From a bacterium (GTDB lineage Bacteria > Bacillota_I > Bacilli_A > RFN20 > CAG-826), in the NCBI GenBank assembly GCA_963611815.1, contig CAVDSY010000003.1:9178-73177 (forward strand): a stretch of 64,000 nt of DNA. Reading direction: 5' to 3'. The translations under genes and the position numbers were made by a program. The notes under the pieces are model-generated. The model did not search any database. It had not been told where the DNA came from and saw only the letters and a program-made list of their open reading frames with translations. Shown here piece by piece: positions 20,336-29,115 of the stretch. Positions within the stretch are counted from its first letter, which is position 1; every line of letters begins with the position of its first letter.

Positions 20336-21895
20336 ATGGATTTGAAGAAGACCTCAATCGGCATCGAGTTTGGCTCGACGCGGATAAAAGCGGTTTTGAT
20401 TGATTCGAAAGGAAACGTCCTTTCTAGCGGATCGTCATCTTGGGAGAACCGCCTTGAGAATGGGTATTGGACCTATTCATTGGACGACATAAAGAAAGGC
20501 CTGCAGGATTGCTTCGCTTCTCTCAAAAACGATTTCCATAAGGCGTATGGGCAGAAGCTGATTACCACAGGGGCCCTAGGGATCTCGGCGATGATGCACG
20601 GCTATCTCGTCTTCGACAAGGATGACGATCTGCTCGTCCCTTTCAGGACGTGGAGGAACGTCAACGCGGAGAAGGCGGCGAGCATCCTGACTGGCCTTTT
20701 CTCCTATCACATCCCCGCGAGATGGTCCATCGCCCACCTCTATCAGGCGATTATAGACAAAGAGAGCCATGTGAAGGACATCGCCTTCCAAACGACCCTT
20801 GAAGGCTATGTCCATTACCTTCTCACGGGCGAGAAGGTCATCGGGATAGGAGAGGCGAGCGGCATGTTCCCCATCGATCCCGAGAAGAAGGATTTCGATG
20901 CGCGCTGCATGTCCTTGTTCGACGGCTTGCTGAAAGACAATGGGTACGGATTCAGCTTAGAAGGCATCTTCCCCAAGGTCCTTCTCGCCGGCGAGGAAGC
21001 CGGGACTTTGACTGAGGAAGGAGCTTTGCTCCTCGATCCGTCTGGAGAATTCCTGCCAGGCGTCAAGCTCTGCCCTCCGGAAGGGGATGCGGAGACGGGG
21101 ATGGTCGCGACCAACTCTATCAAGAAGAACACCGGGAATGTCTCCGCGGGCACCTCTATCTTCGCCTCCATCGTCTTGGAAAGGAAACCCAAGGAGGCCT
21201 ACCCTGAAATAGACCTCGTGGCTACGCCTCTAGGCGATTTGGTCGCGATGGTCCACGCGAACAACTGCACTTCCGAAATCAACTCATGGATGTCCCTCTT
21301 CGATGAGCTTTTGCGGGCTTTTGAGAAAGAAATCGATTCAGGCGAGCTTTATTCCTCTCTCTTCAGGAAATCGTTGGAGGGGGATGATGACGCAGGTGGG
21401 GTCATCGCCTTCAATTACCTCTCGGGGGAATCGATCACGAAGGTAAAACATGGGCACCCGATGGTGGTGAGAGGAGCCTCATCTAAACTCAATCTTGCCA
21501 ACCTCGTGCGCTCGGAGATCTACAGCGCTTTCGCCACCCTCCGCATCGGATTCGAGATCTTCGAAAAAGAAGGGGTGAAGATAGAGAAAATCGCCGGACA
21601 TGGCGGTTTGTTCAAAACCTCGGGCGTGGCTGATCTTTATCTCGCTTCCGCGCTGAGGACTCCTGTTTCGATAGCCTGCAACGCTGGCGAAGGCGGGGCG
21701 TGGGGCATAGCCATCCTCGCCTCGTTGCTTGATTCCGGCATGGGGCTCGTGGAATACCTTGATGAGGTTATCTTCAAAGGGAGCGAGGAGAGCCTTGCCT
21801 TGCCCGATGAAGGAATCGCGCAAGGCTTCGACGAGTACATGTCTAGATACAAGAAAGTTTTGCAGGCTGAGCGGATGCTCGGGGAGGATTTGTGA
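20336..21895 (+). CDS. FGGY-family sugar kinase (probable ribulokinase-type, co-located with araD)
   Basis: N-terminal IGIEFGSTRIKAVL actin-fold ATPase motif; 520 aa; RBS ggaaggaaag before ATG 20336; stop abuts araD start. Confidence 0.7.
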   Translation: MDLKKTSIGIEFGSTRIKAVLIDSKGNVLSSGSSSWENRLENGYWTYSLDDIKKGLQDCFASLKNDFHKAYGQKLITTGALGISAMMHGYLVFDKDDDLLVPFRTWRNVNAEKAASILTGLFSYHIPARWSIAHLYQAIIDKESHVKDIAFQTTLEGYVHYLLTGEKVIGIGEASGMFPIDPEKKDFDARCMSLFDGLLKDNGYGFSLEGIFPKVLLAGEEAGTLTEEGALLLDPSGEFLPGVKLCPPEGDAETGMVATNSIKKNTGNVSAGTSIFASIVLERKPKEAYPEIDLVATPLGDLVAMVHANNCTSEINSWMSLFDELLRAFEKEIDSGELYSSLFRKSLEGDDDAGGVIAFNYLSGESITKVKHGHPMVVRGASSKLNLANLVRSEIYSAFATLRIGFEIFEKEGVKIEKIAGHGGLFKTSGVADLYLASALRTPVSIACNAGEGGAWGIAILASLLDSGMGLVEYLDEVIFKGSEESLALPDEGIAQGFDEYMSRYKKVLQAERMLGEDL

Positions 21896-22600
21896 ATGTT
21901 GGAAGAACTGAAGCAAAAGGTATGGGAGCAGAATCTCCGCCTCAAAGATAGCGGACTGGTGATTCTCACTTGGGGCAACGTCTCCGCGATCGATAGGGAA
22001 AAAGGGCTCGTCGTGATTAAGCCAAGCGGGGTGAGCTACGAGAATATGAAGCCTAGCGACATGGTCGTGACCGATATGGAAGGCCATGTGGTGGAGGGGG
22101 ATCTCCGCCCCTCAAGCGATCTGTTGACCCATCTTGAACTGTACAAGAGCTTCTCTCATGTCGGAGGGGTGGTGCACACCCATTCGACTTATGCGGTAGC
22201 CTTCGCGCAGGCGGGCGTTCCTTTAACTGCCTATGGGACCACCCACGCTGACGCTTTCTATGGGGACGTGCCTTGCTCCAGGGGGCTGAGCGAGAAGGAA
22301 ATAAAAGAAGATTATGAGCTCAATACGGGCAAGGTCATCACGGAGACCTTCAAAGGCAAGGACTACGAGGCGGTCCCGGCGATCCTTGTGAGGAGCCATG
22401 GGCCTTTCACATGGGGCAAGACGGCGGAAGAGGCCGTCACCAACGCGATCGTCCTCGAAGAGGTTGCTAAGATGGCCTCGATCAGCCGGACGGTCAACCC
22501 TGATATAGAGAGAGTCGATCAGTATCTGCTGGACAAGCATTACTTCAGAAAGCATGGGAAAAACGCCTATTACGGGCAGAAGAGCATCAAGAATCGGTGA
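21896..22600 (+). CDS. araD: L-ribulose-5-phosphate 4-epimerase (class II aldolase fold)
   Basis: TWGNVSAID; HTHSTYA; GHGPFTWG-like blocks; 234 aa. Confidence 0.8.
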   Translation: MLEELKQKVWEQNLRLKDSGLVILTWGNVSAIDREKGLVVIKPSGVSYENMKPSDMVVTDMEGHVVEGDLRPSSDLLTHLELYKSFSHVGGVVHTHSTYAVAFAQAGVPLTAYGTTHADAFYGDVPCSRGLSEKEIKEDYELNTGKVITETFKGKDYEAVPAILVRSHGPFTWGKTAEEAVTNAIVLEEVAKMASISRTVNPDIERVDQYLLDKHYFRKHGKNAYYGQKSIKNR

Positions 22601-22727
22601 GTGATTGCCTATTTGCGGCATTTAAGAAACGCCATTTTGGCTAAGCCGTCCCTATGCAGGCAAGGTTTTCAAAACATCCGGAGATATCAAAAGAAGCGTC
22701 TGTTGCTCTACTAAGTCGCGCGGCATC

Positions 22728-23531
22728 GTGGGTGGCGCAATATTCGGCGTCTTGACCCAAAAAGGCGCCTATCCCCAAAGCCGCGTCTGGGACGAGTCCA
22801 TCATCTCCTCTTTGGAATCGCTCTCCGGCCCGACGATCAACGACTGGTACCTTCTCGATGGCAATTACTATGCTCGTCTCAGCGCGACCCCACGTTCATC
22901 GAAAAGCAAATTCGATGATGGCGAGAAAATCGTAACAGGCCAAGAGTATTGGTTCAGATGCGAGCCGATCGAATGGAAGATCCTCTCTTCTTCAGGCGGT
23001 GAATACTCATTGGTTTCGAGCAAGCTTTTGGACACCGCTATGTTCAACGACATCTATGACGGCGAACAGGTGGATGGGCATTACGCGAACAATTACGCCT
23101 TTTCCTCGATCAGAAGTTGGCTCAACGGCGATTTCCTTACTACCGCCTTCCCGTATGAGAATGAGTATCTAGAGACCGTCGAGGTCGATAACTCCGCCGC
23201 CACGACCGATTCTTCTGAAAACGTCTATGCCTGCGAGAACACCTTCGACCAAGTCTATCTGCTGAGCTACCAGGATTACGCTAACGCTACTTACTTCCCT
23301 GACGACAACTCAAGGAGGTGTCAGACGAGCGAATGGGCGAGAGCGAAAGGAGCCAACGTCTACACCTCAAGCGGCCTCAACCACACCAATTATTACTACA
23401 CCCGCTCGCCTTATTCCGCTAACCCCGACTATGCGATCGCCATCTATCCGAATGGCAACTTCAGTTACGGCTCGCGGACCAATTACACCCAAGACTCACC
23501 GCGCCCTGGAATCACGATAAAAATCGCATAA
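22728..23531 (+). CDS. stand-alone DUF6273-like domain protein (no signal peptide; possible N-terminally truncated remnant of a surface protein)
   Basis: homologous to C-terminal 250 aa of the 13801-15916 gene (HYANNYAFSSIRSWLNGDF / SHANNYAKSDIREWLNNEF; VYACENT / EYACEDT; terminal RPGITIKIA / IRPCIQLKIS); GTG start, in-frame stop at 22623. Confidence 0.45.
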   Translation: MGGAIFGVLTQKGAYPQSRVWDESIISSLESLSGPTINDWYLLDGNYYARLSATPRSSKSKFDDGEKIVTGQEYWFRCEPIEWKILSSSGGEYSLVSSKLLDTAMFNDIYDGEQVDGHYANNYAFSSIRSWLNGDFLTTAFPYENEYLETVEVDNSAATTDSSENVYACENTFDQVYLLSYQDYANATYFPDDNSRRCQTSEWARAKGANVYTSSGLNHTNYYYTRSPYSANPDYAIAIYPNGNFSYGSRTNYTQDSPRPGITIKIA

Positions 23532-23556
23532 GGCAAGGTAAGACTGCTTTCGGCGT

Positions 23557-23715
23557 TTAGTTTTTCAGGCAAGCCAAAGGGACGACGAAAATGCCGCTTT
23601 CCCTTTTGAGACAGGTCCCATAGCTGGTGAGAATCATCTCGAACTTTGGAAGAGGCGGCTCGCTTTGCTGGAATTTCTTTTCGAGGATGTCTTCCATTAA
23701 TTTTTCGACATACAT
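23557..23715 (-). pseudogene. C-terminal remnant (52 codons) of a DUF4143-family AAA+ ATPase gene
   Basis: translation ...ILTSYGTCLKRESGIFVVPLACLKN* matches the C-terminus of 18652-19986 (…DGVYEIPLACLKD). Confidence 0.4.
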
Positions 23716-23917
23716 GCTTTTATAAAGAATTGACTTTTGGGGTTTGTTCTAACCAAGCTCGGCAGTAGGCAATCCACTTTCGATGTTTTGTGAAAAATAA
23801 CCGCGAAAAGCCATATGGCCCGCCTTTAGGCAAATAGCGGATTTCGATATTCGGTTAGGACGCCAAAATACAGGCTCGATTTGGCCGAATAATTAGCGGA
23901 CGTCGCTGCTTTTGGCT

Positions 23918-24877
23918 CTATTCGGAAACCTTGATGGTGAGCTCGGTGATGTCGCTGCCCAAAGGATAACCCGCGTCGACCGTCGTCAGTTTGGACTTCA
24001 TCTGATCGATGTAGGCGTTGATGAGGCCATGCCCCTTAGCCCCGTTGTCGTAAATGCTTTGGCTGACGTCGTAATCCATCCAGACGTAGGCCGTGCAGGT
24101 TTTGATGCCTTTTTCCGAGAGGACTTCCTCATACGCCAGATTGGCGTCGTTAGAGAAGTCGAGGTCGCTTTTGCTGGCCGCCCCGGTTGAGGGGATGCTG
24201 CTCACGAAACGCTGCGCATTGTCCGCGAAAGAATTTCGCATCTCTTCGAAGTCCGCCTCCAGGGCCGAAGAGTCGCTAGACAAAGCGTTGATTTCCGCCT
24301 CGGAGAAGATGGTCTCGTCGTTATGGACCATCGCCTTTACCGAGACGACGGATGATAGATAGCTTGAAAGATGATAGGTGGCGTCATCGTCCGCGATCGA
24401 GAAATTGTCCGCGTCGCTTTCCTCCAGAGTCCAGCTGACTTCTTTGTCCTTGCTTGAATCGTGGAAAATCTTCAGGGGGAGGATGTCCCCATTTTTGTAA
24501 CTGCCCCCGTAGAGGCGAAGCTGGATGAGCAGAGGGGCGTAGTCGTTATCGTCGGTGAAGATCTGATCGTAACGCGTCAGCGAAAGCTCATCGGGGTCTC
24601 TTTGGACATGGTAGACGCCCGTTCCTTTCTTGCCGCTTTCCCCATCGTCTTCCTGCTCCTCGACGTAGCGGTAATAATGGGCCTCGATATCGACGTCGTC
24701 TTCGCCTTTTATTGATATGGACATGCCGCTAGCCTCGACCTCTTTGTTCGAGGCGAACCAAGAGAAGGTTGAGGAGGTGCTGAAATAGGCAAAAAGCGAG
24801 GTCACCAAAGCCCCTAGGGAAAGGAAATAGGCAAGCGATGCGGCTTTGAAGCTTTTCTTTCTTAACGTCTTGCTCAT
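23918..24877 (-). CDS. TasA/camelysin-like secreted protein with SipW-cognate-type signal peptide (locus 2)
   Basis: N-terminus MSKTLRKKSFKAASLAYFLSLGALVTSLFAYFSTSSTFSWFASNKEVEASGMSISI; paralog of 5161-6132; start 5 nt after the giant gene stop. Confidence 0.55.
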   Translation of the reverse strand: MSKTLRKKSFKAASLAYFLSLGALVTSLFAYFSTSSTFSWFASNKEVEASGMSISIKGEDDVDIEAHYYRYVEEQEDDGESGKKGTGVYHVQRDPDELSLTRYDQIFTDDNDYAPLLIQLRLYGGSYKNGDILPLKIFHDSSKDKEVSWTLEESDADNFSIADDDATYHLSSYLSSVVSVKAMVHNDETIFSEAEINALSSDSSALEADFEEMRNSFADNAQRFVSSIPSTGAASKSDLDFSNDANLAYEEVLSEKGIKTCTAYVWMDYDVSQSIYDNGAKGHGLINAYIDQMKSKLTTVDAGYPLGSDITELTIKVSE

Positions 24878-24881
24878 CTTC

Positions 24882-27800
24882 TCACTCCGTGGCCTCGATG
24901 GCGATTACTTGGCCTGCGCCCGTGACCGCGTTCCCGTTTATCGTGATGGAATAGTTTGAATCGCTTGGCGTGGAAATGATGGTCGCATTGCATTTCTCGC
25001 TGCAATGGACCGTGACCACGTAAGTTTTGTTGGTCGCGTCGTAAACGTATTCGACGCTCGCCTCGCCATTGTCTAAGCTGATTTTGAACTCGCCGAAAGT
25101 CTCTTCTCTTATTATCGTTTCAGGGCCCTGCCATTCGGAGGAGGCGGTCTCGCTTGCGGTCCCTGTGGCGGTTATGGTGAGGCTACCGTCGCTTTGCATG
25201 GTGACAAGCCCGCTAGAAGAGACCGCTCCCACGCTTTCGTCACCGCTTTTCCAAGTTGCTTCATTGGCGAGGAAATAAAGCTGGATCTCATCCCCTTTGC
25301 TCGCTCCGCTTATCGTCCAGGTGCAGGAGTAGGTGAGGTTGAGCGAGGTGTTGACGGGGTTGTATTTCTCGCTGGTCTCTCTTTCCATGATGACGATTAG
25401 AGGGGTGTCGCTTTTCTTCGGTAGGGCGGTGCCGGCGCTGTCTTTCACGCTCACGCCTTCTTTGGAATAGACCACTTTGACCCCGGAACTCAGGCTGGAG
25501 GTGAGGACGTTGCTTTCGTAGGAATAGTCGATTCCCTTAGAGGGCGCAAGTAAAAGAGCCACGCAGGCCGAGCCTCCTCCGCTGAGCGAAGGGAGATCTT
25601 TGAAGGAAGAGGTGAAGTCCACTCCTTTGGGGTAGTTTTGCTTGATGATGTTGGAGGTGGTCTTCTCTTTGATGGTGACCGCCTCGTAGTCCGCGGCCCC
25701 GGTGCCGATGTCTAGGTAAAGCAGATAAGCCCCCGATTTGCCGGAGACCGACCCAAGGGCGTATTCGCCGGCGTTGACGGGGATCTCGAAATAGTAGAGG
25801 CAGTTGCTAATTATGTCGCCGTCGGTGCTGGCGATCCAGCTGACGTCAAAGACAAGCTGGGAGGAGGAGCTGTTCGCTGGTACGCTGCCATCGTATGAAT
25901 AGAGATAGGGCTTCTCTTTCTTATCGTCGCCCAGATTCGCGTAGATTTTGCTGATCTGCTTGATTTCGGAGATGCTGTTGTTCTCGTCGCGGACGACCTC
26001 GTTGAGACTGAAGAAGCAGGTGTTGTTGGTGAAATACGATCCCCCGAAGAAATTGATGTAGCCTTCGGTGGCGAGATTGAAGTCGATGGAGTCTTCGGGG
26101 ACGTCGTAATTTGAATAGACCGAGCCGCTTTGTGTTGGTTTCTCATCAGTCTTGCCGTCGAGATACTCCTGCAGTTTATCTTGGTAAACCTTTTCGGCGG
26201 CCTTGTCGTAGACGATGGCCTTGCCGACCTGGCATAGGTGGTCGGTGGAGATCTGAGCGTTCATGAAGTGAAGGCCATAGAGAGCGGTGCTTGAGCTCAC
26301 GCTGCCGCTGAAGATGGTGCTCTCGAGGTTGTATCTCGCGCTGTCATAGCGCTTGAGCTTTGAGCTCTCAACGGTGGTGGATGGGATTGAGGAGCTTTTG
26401 CTAGCGGAGGAGTTGTAGTTGTCGATAACCCTTGACCAGCCCGAATCCGAATAGGCTCCGTCCTCCTCGATGCAGGAACGGGTCACCACCTGCAGATTTG
26501 AACTGTTGTATGCGCTGTAAAAAGAGGTGCTCAGGCTCGACATCTTGTATGCTTTTGAGACGCGGATGTCGCCCGCGTAGTCGCTTGAATCGATAAAATT
26601 CGCTCCCCCGACGAGATAGCCGGTGTTCATTTCCGAGACCCCGTTTATGCCGGTTTTGCTGTCCTCATCGCTGTAGCTGTAGGCCAAGGGGACGTAGGTG
26701 GGATTGACGTAATAAGCGGCGTTCCTTTCACTCGTGGAGGACTCCTTCACGCCGGTTTGTGAGGAGTCGGAGAATGAAAGACCGGTGCTGATGTCCCCTC
26801 CGGTGCCGACCTTAGCGATTGTGAAGCTGTGGGAGCTCGTGCTGGTATCGGCGGCGAAAGAAGACGAACCGTAATATAGGTAAACCGTGTAGCTGGTTAT
26901 TGTGCCTCTGAGATAGGCGCTCATGGTGCCCGTTCCAGTGCCGTCGCTTTGGGCACCAGACAAAGTGTAGCGACTGATTGCGGTGCTCCCGGTATTTGTG
27001 CTTGCGGACATGATAACGTTGAAAGTGTTGGAAAAGCCGCTTCTGGTTCTTTGCGCGCAAAGATAGAGCGTTGATGAAGTCAGGGGTCGGTAGCCGTTCG
27101 ATGACGAGTCATAGGCCCATTTGAATTCGTCGCCGCTTACGGAATCCGAAGAAGAGATCGTGCCGGAGCTGGAAGAGCCGATGTACTTCTTTGAATAGGT
27201 GTCCAAGATGGTTAGATAGGTTTCGCTTATCTCGTCTTGGACTAGCGTCCAGGCACTGGAGGTTTCATCGTAATCCAAGTAATAGGAATACGAATCGTCT
27301 GAAGAATAGATATTTCCCTTGTCTGCCTCGTAAGTCCAAGTGGTGGAGGCGCTGGAAGTCAGATAAAGGGAGTTCGATGAGCTTCTGCTGAGGTAATAGG
27401 CGGTTTCTCCGACGTAAGTGTAAATATAGCCGGACCCTCCGGCGCTTGGCATGTTCCAGCCGCAGGCGCCGGAAGAAGAGACGTCGATTAGCGTGCCATC
27501 TTCAGAGACCGAGAGGAAGTGGCCGGATTTTGAAATGGTAGGAAGATAGCCATAGACATTGCGCTTGACGCTCATCTTCTCCGAACTTGAAGTCGGCACT
27601 TCGTCAGGGGTGCCGTATATGAAAACGTAGGTGTCATCGTACGTTGATGATGTGGTGATGCCATAGGAGGCGAGCACCCCTCCATCTTCATCCTTTCTTT
27701 GGCCGTTCTTGAAATAGTATTGGGTTCCGCCGCTTTCGCTTCTGGTCGCTTTCGTCGAGGAATAGACGATGTCTTTCGGCTGGCTTTCGTTGCCGCTTGG

Positions 27801-28796
27801 GTCGACGTCGATGGTCTCTGAGGCGACGTAGTAGACATCGCTGGTGATGCTCGAGTCGCTTTGCTCGCTTTTGATGTCGTTGTACATCTGCTCCATGTCG
27901 ACCGATCCGCCCCAGTTGGTGGAACCGTGGCTTGTATTGGGGTTCTCAACCTGGGGCATGCTCATGGTCTCATCGCTGACAAGCGTTTTGGCGAGATAGC
28001 TATCGGTTGCGTAGCCGACGAGAGAATACTCGGAGACATGCTCGACCCCGGTGATGTCGGTGATTGGGGACGCCCCTGATTTGGTGGCGATCGATGAACC
28101 GTTGACGCCCACCCCTGAAAGGGTCCCGTTGACATAGCCCGCGGCGAGGCCAACCAAAGTGGAGGAGGAAGCGGAGACGATCGAAAGGGAGGATAGGCCG
28201 AGATTCTTGATCTCGTTGGCGGAAGTGTCGTAGTTATATCCGTTGACTTTGCTCTCGTCGCTTGTCGAGCCGACCACGCCGAAGAAACCGACGATCTCGG
28301 CTTGCTTCAGATTGCCCTCGCTGTCCTCTTCGGCGCGGGCGGGGACGTTGGTAAGCTCTGAATAGTCGTTAGTGATCGTGAGGTTGCTGATGGTGTGCCC
28401 GTTCCCGTCGAAGGAGCCGACGAAAGGATATTGCTCCGTCCCTGCGGGAGGAAGGGAATAGCCTTCCCCGTCGATGTCGCTGGTGAGTTTGAAATAGATT
28501 TGCTTTATTGCGGTCTTTCCGTCGTTTGGGTCGTTGAATATGCCGAGGTCCTGCAGCCAGTTGAAGTAATAGAGCTGGCGGGCGTTATCGATTTCGAATG
28601 GAGCTTCTTTGGAGCCGTCCCCTCCGTTGAAATAAGAGCCGCTGCCCTTGCCTCCTATCCCTCTTAATGCGGCGCTGGTCTGAGCTTTGGAGAGCCAAGC
28701 GAGGCTAGGGATGGCGACCAGTCCGGCGCACGACAAAAAAGCGAGCCCTAAGAAAAACGCCGCCTTCTTTTTCTTGTCTGCTAGAAAACCTTTCAT
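24882..28796 (-). CDS. giant (~1305 aa) secreted GLUG-motif / beta-helix protein with SipW-type N-terminal signal and long S/T/Y-rich low-complexity middle region
   Basis: N-terminus MKGFLADKKKKAAFFLGLAFLSCAGLVAIPSLAWLSKAQTS; the YPFVGSFDGNGHTISNLTITN and LVGLAAGYVNGTLSGVGV (GLUG-like) motifs; RBS AGGCGG; ORF track start 28814 is a TTG extension. Confidence 0.65.
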   Translation of the reverse strand: MKGFLADKKKKAAFFLGLAFLSCAGLVAIPSLAWLSKAQTSAALRGIGGKGSGSYFNGGDGSKEAPFEIDNARQLYYFNWLQDLGIFNDPNDGKTAIKQIYFKLTSDIDGEGYSLPPAGTEQYPFVGSFDGNGHTISNLTITNDYSELTNVPARAEEDSEGNLKQAEIVGFFGVVGSTSDESKVNGYNYDTSANEIKNLGLSSLSIVSASSSTLVGLAAGYVNGTLSGVGVNGSSIATKSGASPITDITGVEHVSEYSLVGYATDSYLAKTLVSDETMSMPQVENPNTSHGSTNWGGSVDMEQMYNDIKSEQSDSSITSDVYYVASETIDVDPSGNESQPKDIVYSSTKATRSESGGTQYYFKNGQRKDEDGGVLASYGITTSSTYDDTYVFIYGTPDEVPTSSSEKMSVKRNVYGYLPTISKSGHFLSVSEDGTLIDVSSSGACGWNMPSAGGSGYIYTYVGETAYYLSRSSSNSLYLTSSASTTWTYEADKGNIYSSDDSYSYYLDYDETSSAWTLVQDEISETYLTILDTYSKKYIGSSSSGTISSSDSVSGDEFKWAYDSSSNGYRPLTSSTLYLCAQRTRSGFSNTFNVIMSASTNTGSTAISRYTLSGAQSDGTGTGTMSAYLRGTITSYTVYLYYGSSSFAADTSTSSHSFTIAKVGTGGDISTGLSFSDSSQTGVKESSTSERNAAYYVNPTYVPLAYSYSDEDSKTGINGVSEMNTGYLVGGANFIDSSDYAGDIRVSKAYKMSSLSTSFYSAYNSSNLQVVTRSCIEEDGAYSDSGWSRVIDNYNSSASKSSSIPSTTVESSKLKRYDSARYNLESTIFSGSVSSSTALYGLHFMNAQISTDHLCQVGKAIVYDKAAEKVYQDKLQEYLDGKTDEKPTQSGSVYSNYDVPEDSIDFNLATEGYINFFGGSYFTNNTCFFSLNEVVRDENNSISEIKQISKIYANLGDDKKEKPYLYSYDGSVPANSSSSQLVFDVSWIASTDGDIISNCLYYFEIPVNAGEYALGSVSGKSGAYLLYLDIGTGAADYEAVTIKEKTTSNIIKQNYPKGVDFTSSFKDLPSLSGGGSACVALLLAPSKGIDYSYESNVLTSSLSSGVKVVYSKEGVSVKDSAGTALPKKSDTPLIVIMERETSEKYNPVNTSLNLTYSCTWTISGASKGDEIQLYFLANEATWKSGDESVGAVSSSGLVTMQSDGSLTITATGTASETASSEWQGPETIIREETFGEFKISLDNGEASVEYVYDATNKTYVVTVHCSEKCNATIISTPSDSNYSITINGNAVTGAGQVIAIEATE

Positions 28797-28900
28797 CAGC
28801 CGCCTTGTTGGCAACCGGCTGTCTCCAAGAGACCCATGGCTTTGCGTCGCTAGGTCGCCCTAGCTTTGCTTTTGTCGGGTTGATGATACGCGAAATGTGT
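28797..28900 (-). promoter_or_regulatory. conserved structured 5' leader of the giant gene (copy 2): hairpins GUCUC-UUG-GAGAC and GCUAGG-GCGA-CCUAGC (GNRA loop)
   Basis: aligns with 6190-6330 with compensatory base changes in both stems. Confidence 0.55.
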
Positions 28901-28989
28901 TCGCTTTCAATAGTCCTTTTGGAGGGTTGGGCGCTTGTGGAAGCGATCTTGCCGACGCGAAGGAAGCGGTCCTGAGTCTTAGCCAATCA

Positions 28990-29086
28990 TTGATTTTCAT
29001 TTAGAAAATGCAACTAAACCGCTTGATTTTCATTTAGAAAATGCAACTAAAACTTTGATTTTTCATTTAGAAAATGCAATATTCAA
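28990..29086. repeat. three tandem direct repeats (period 33 bp) each containing the palindrome ATTTTC-ATTTA-GAAAAT; putative operator array in the divergent promoter region
   Basis: TTGATTTTCATTTAGAAAATGCAACTAAA at 28990 and 29023 (identical) and a 1-nt variant at 29055. Confidence 0.8.
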
Positions 29087-29115
29087 TTTGCTTTTTAATG
29101 ATTGATGGAGGTTTT

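Noticed and set aside
28990-29086. Possible CRISPR array (three direct repeats)
   Set aside because: Repeats are contiguous (2-4 nt between units, no spacers) and internally palindromic. This is an operator-like tandem site array, not repeat-spacer architecture. No cas genes are present.
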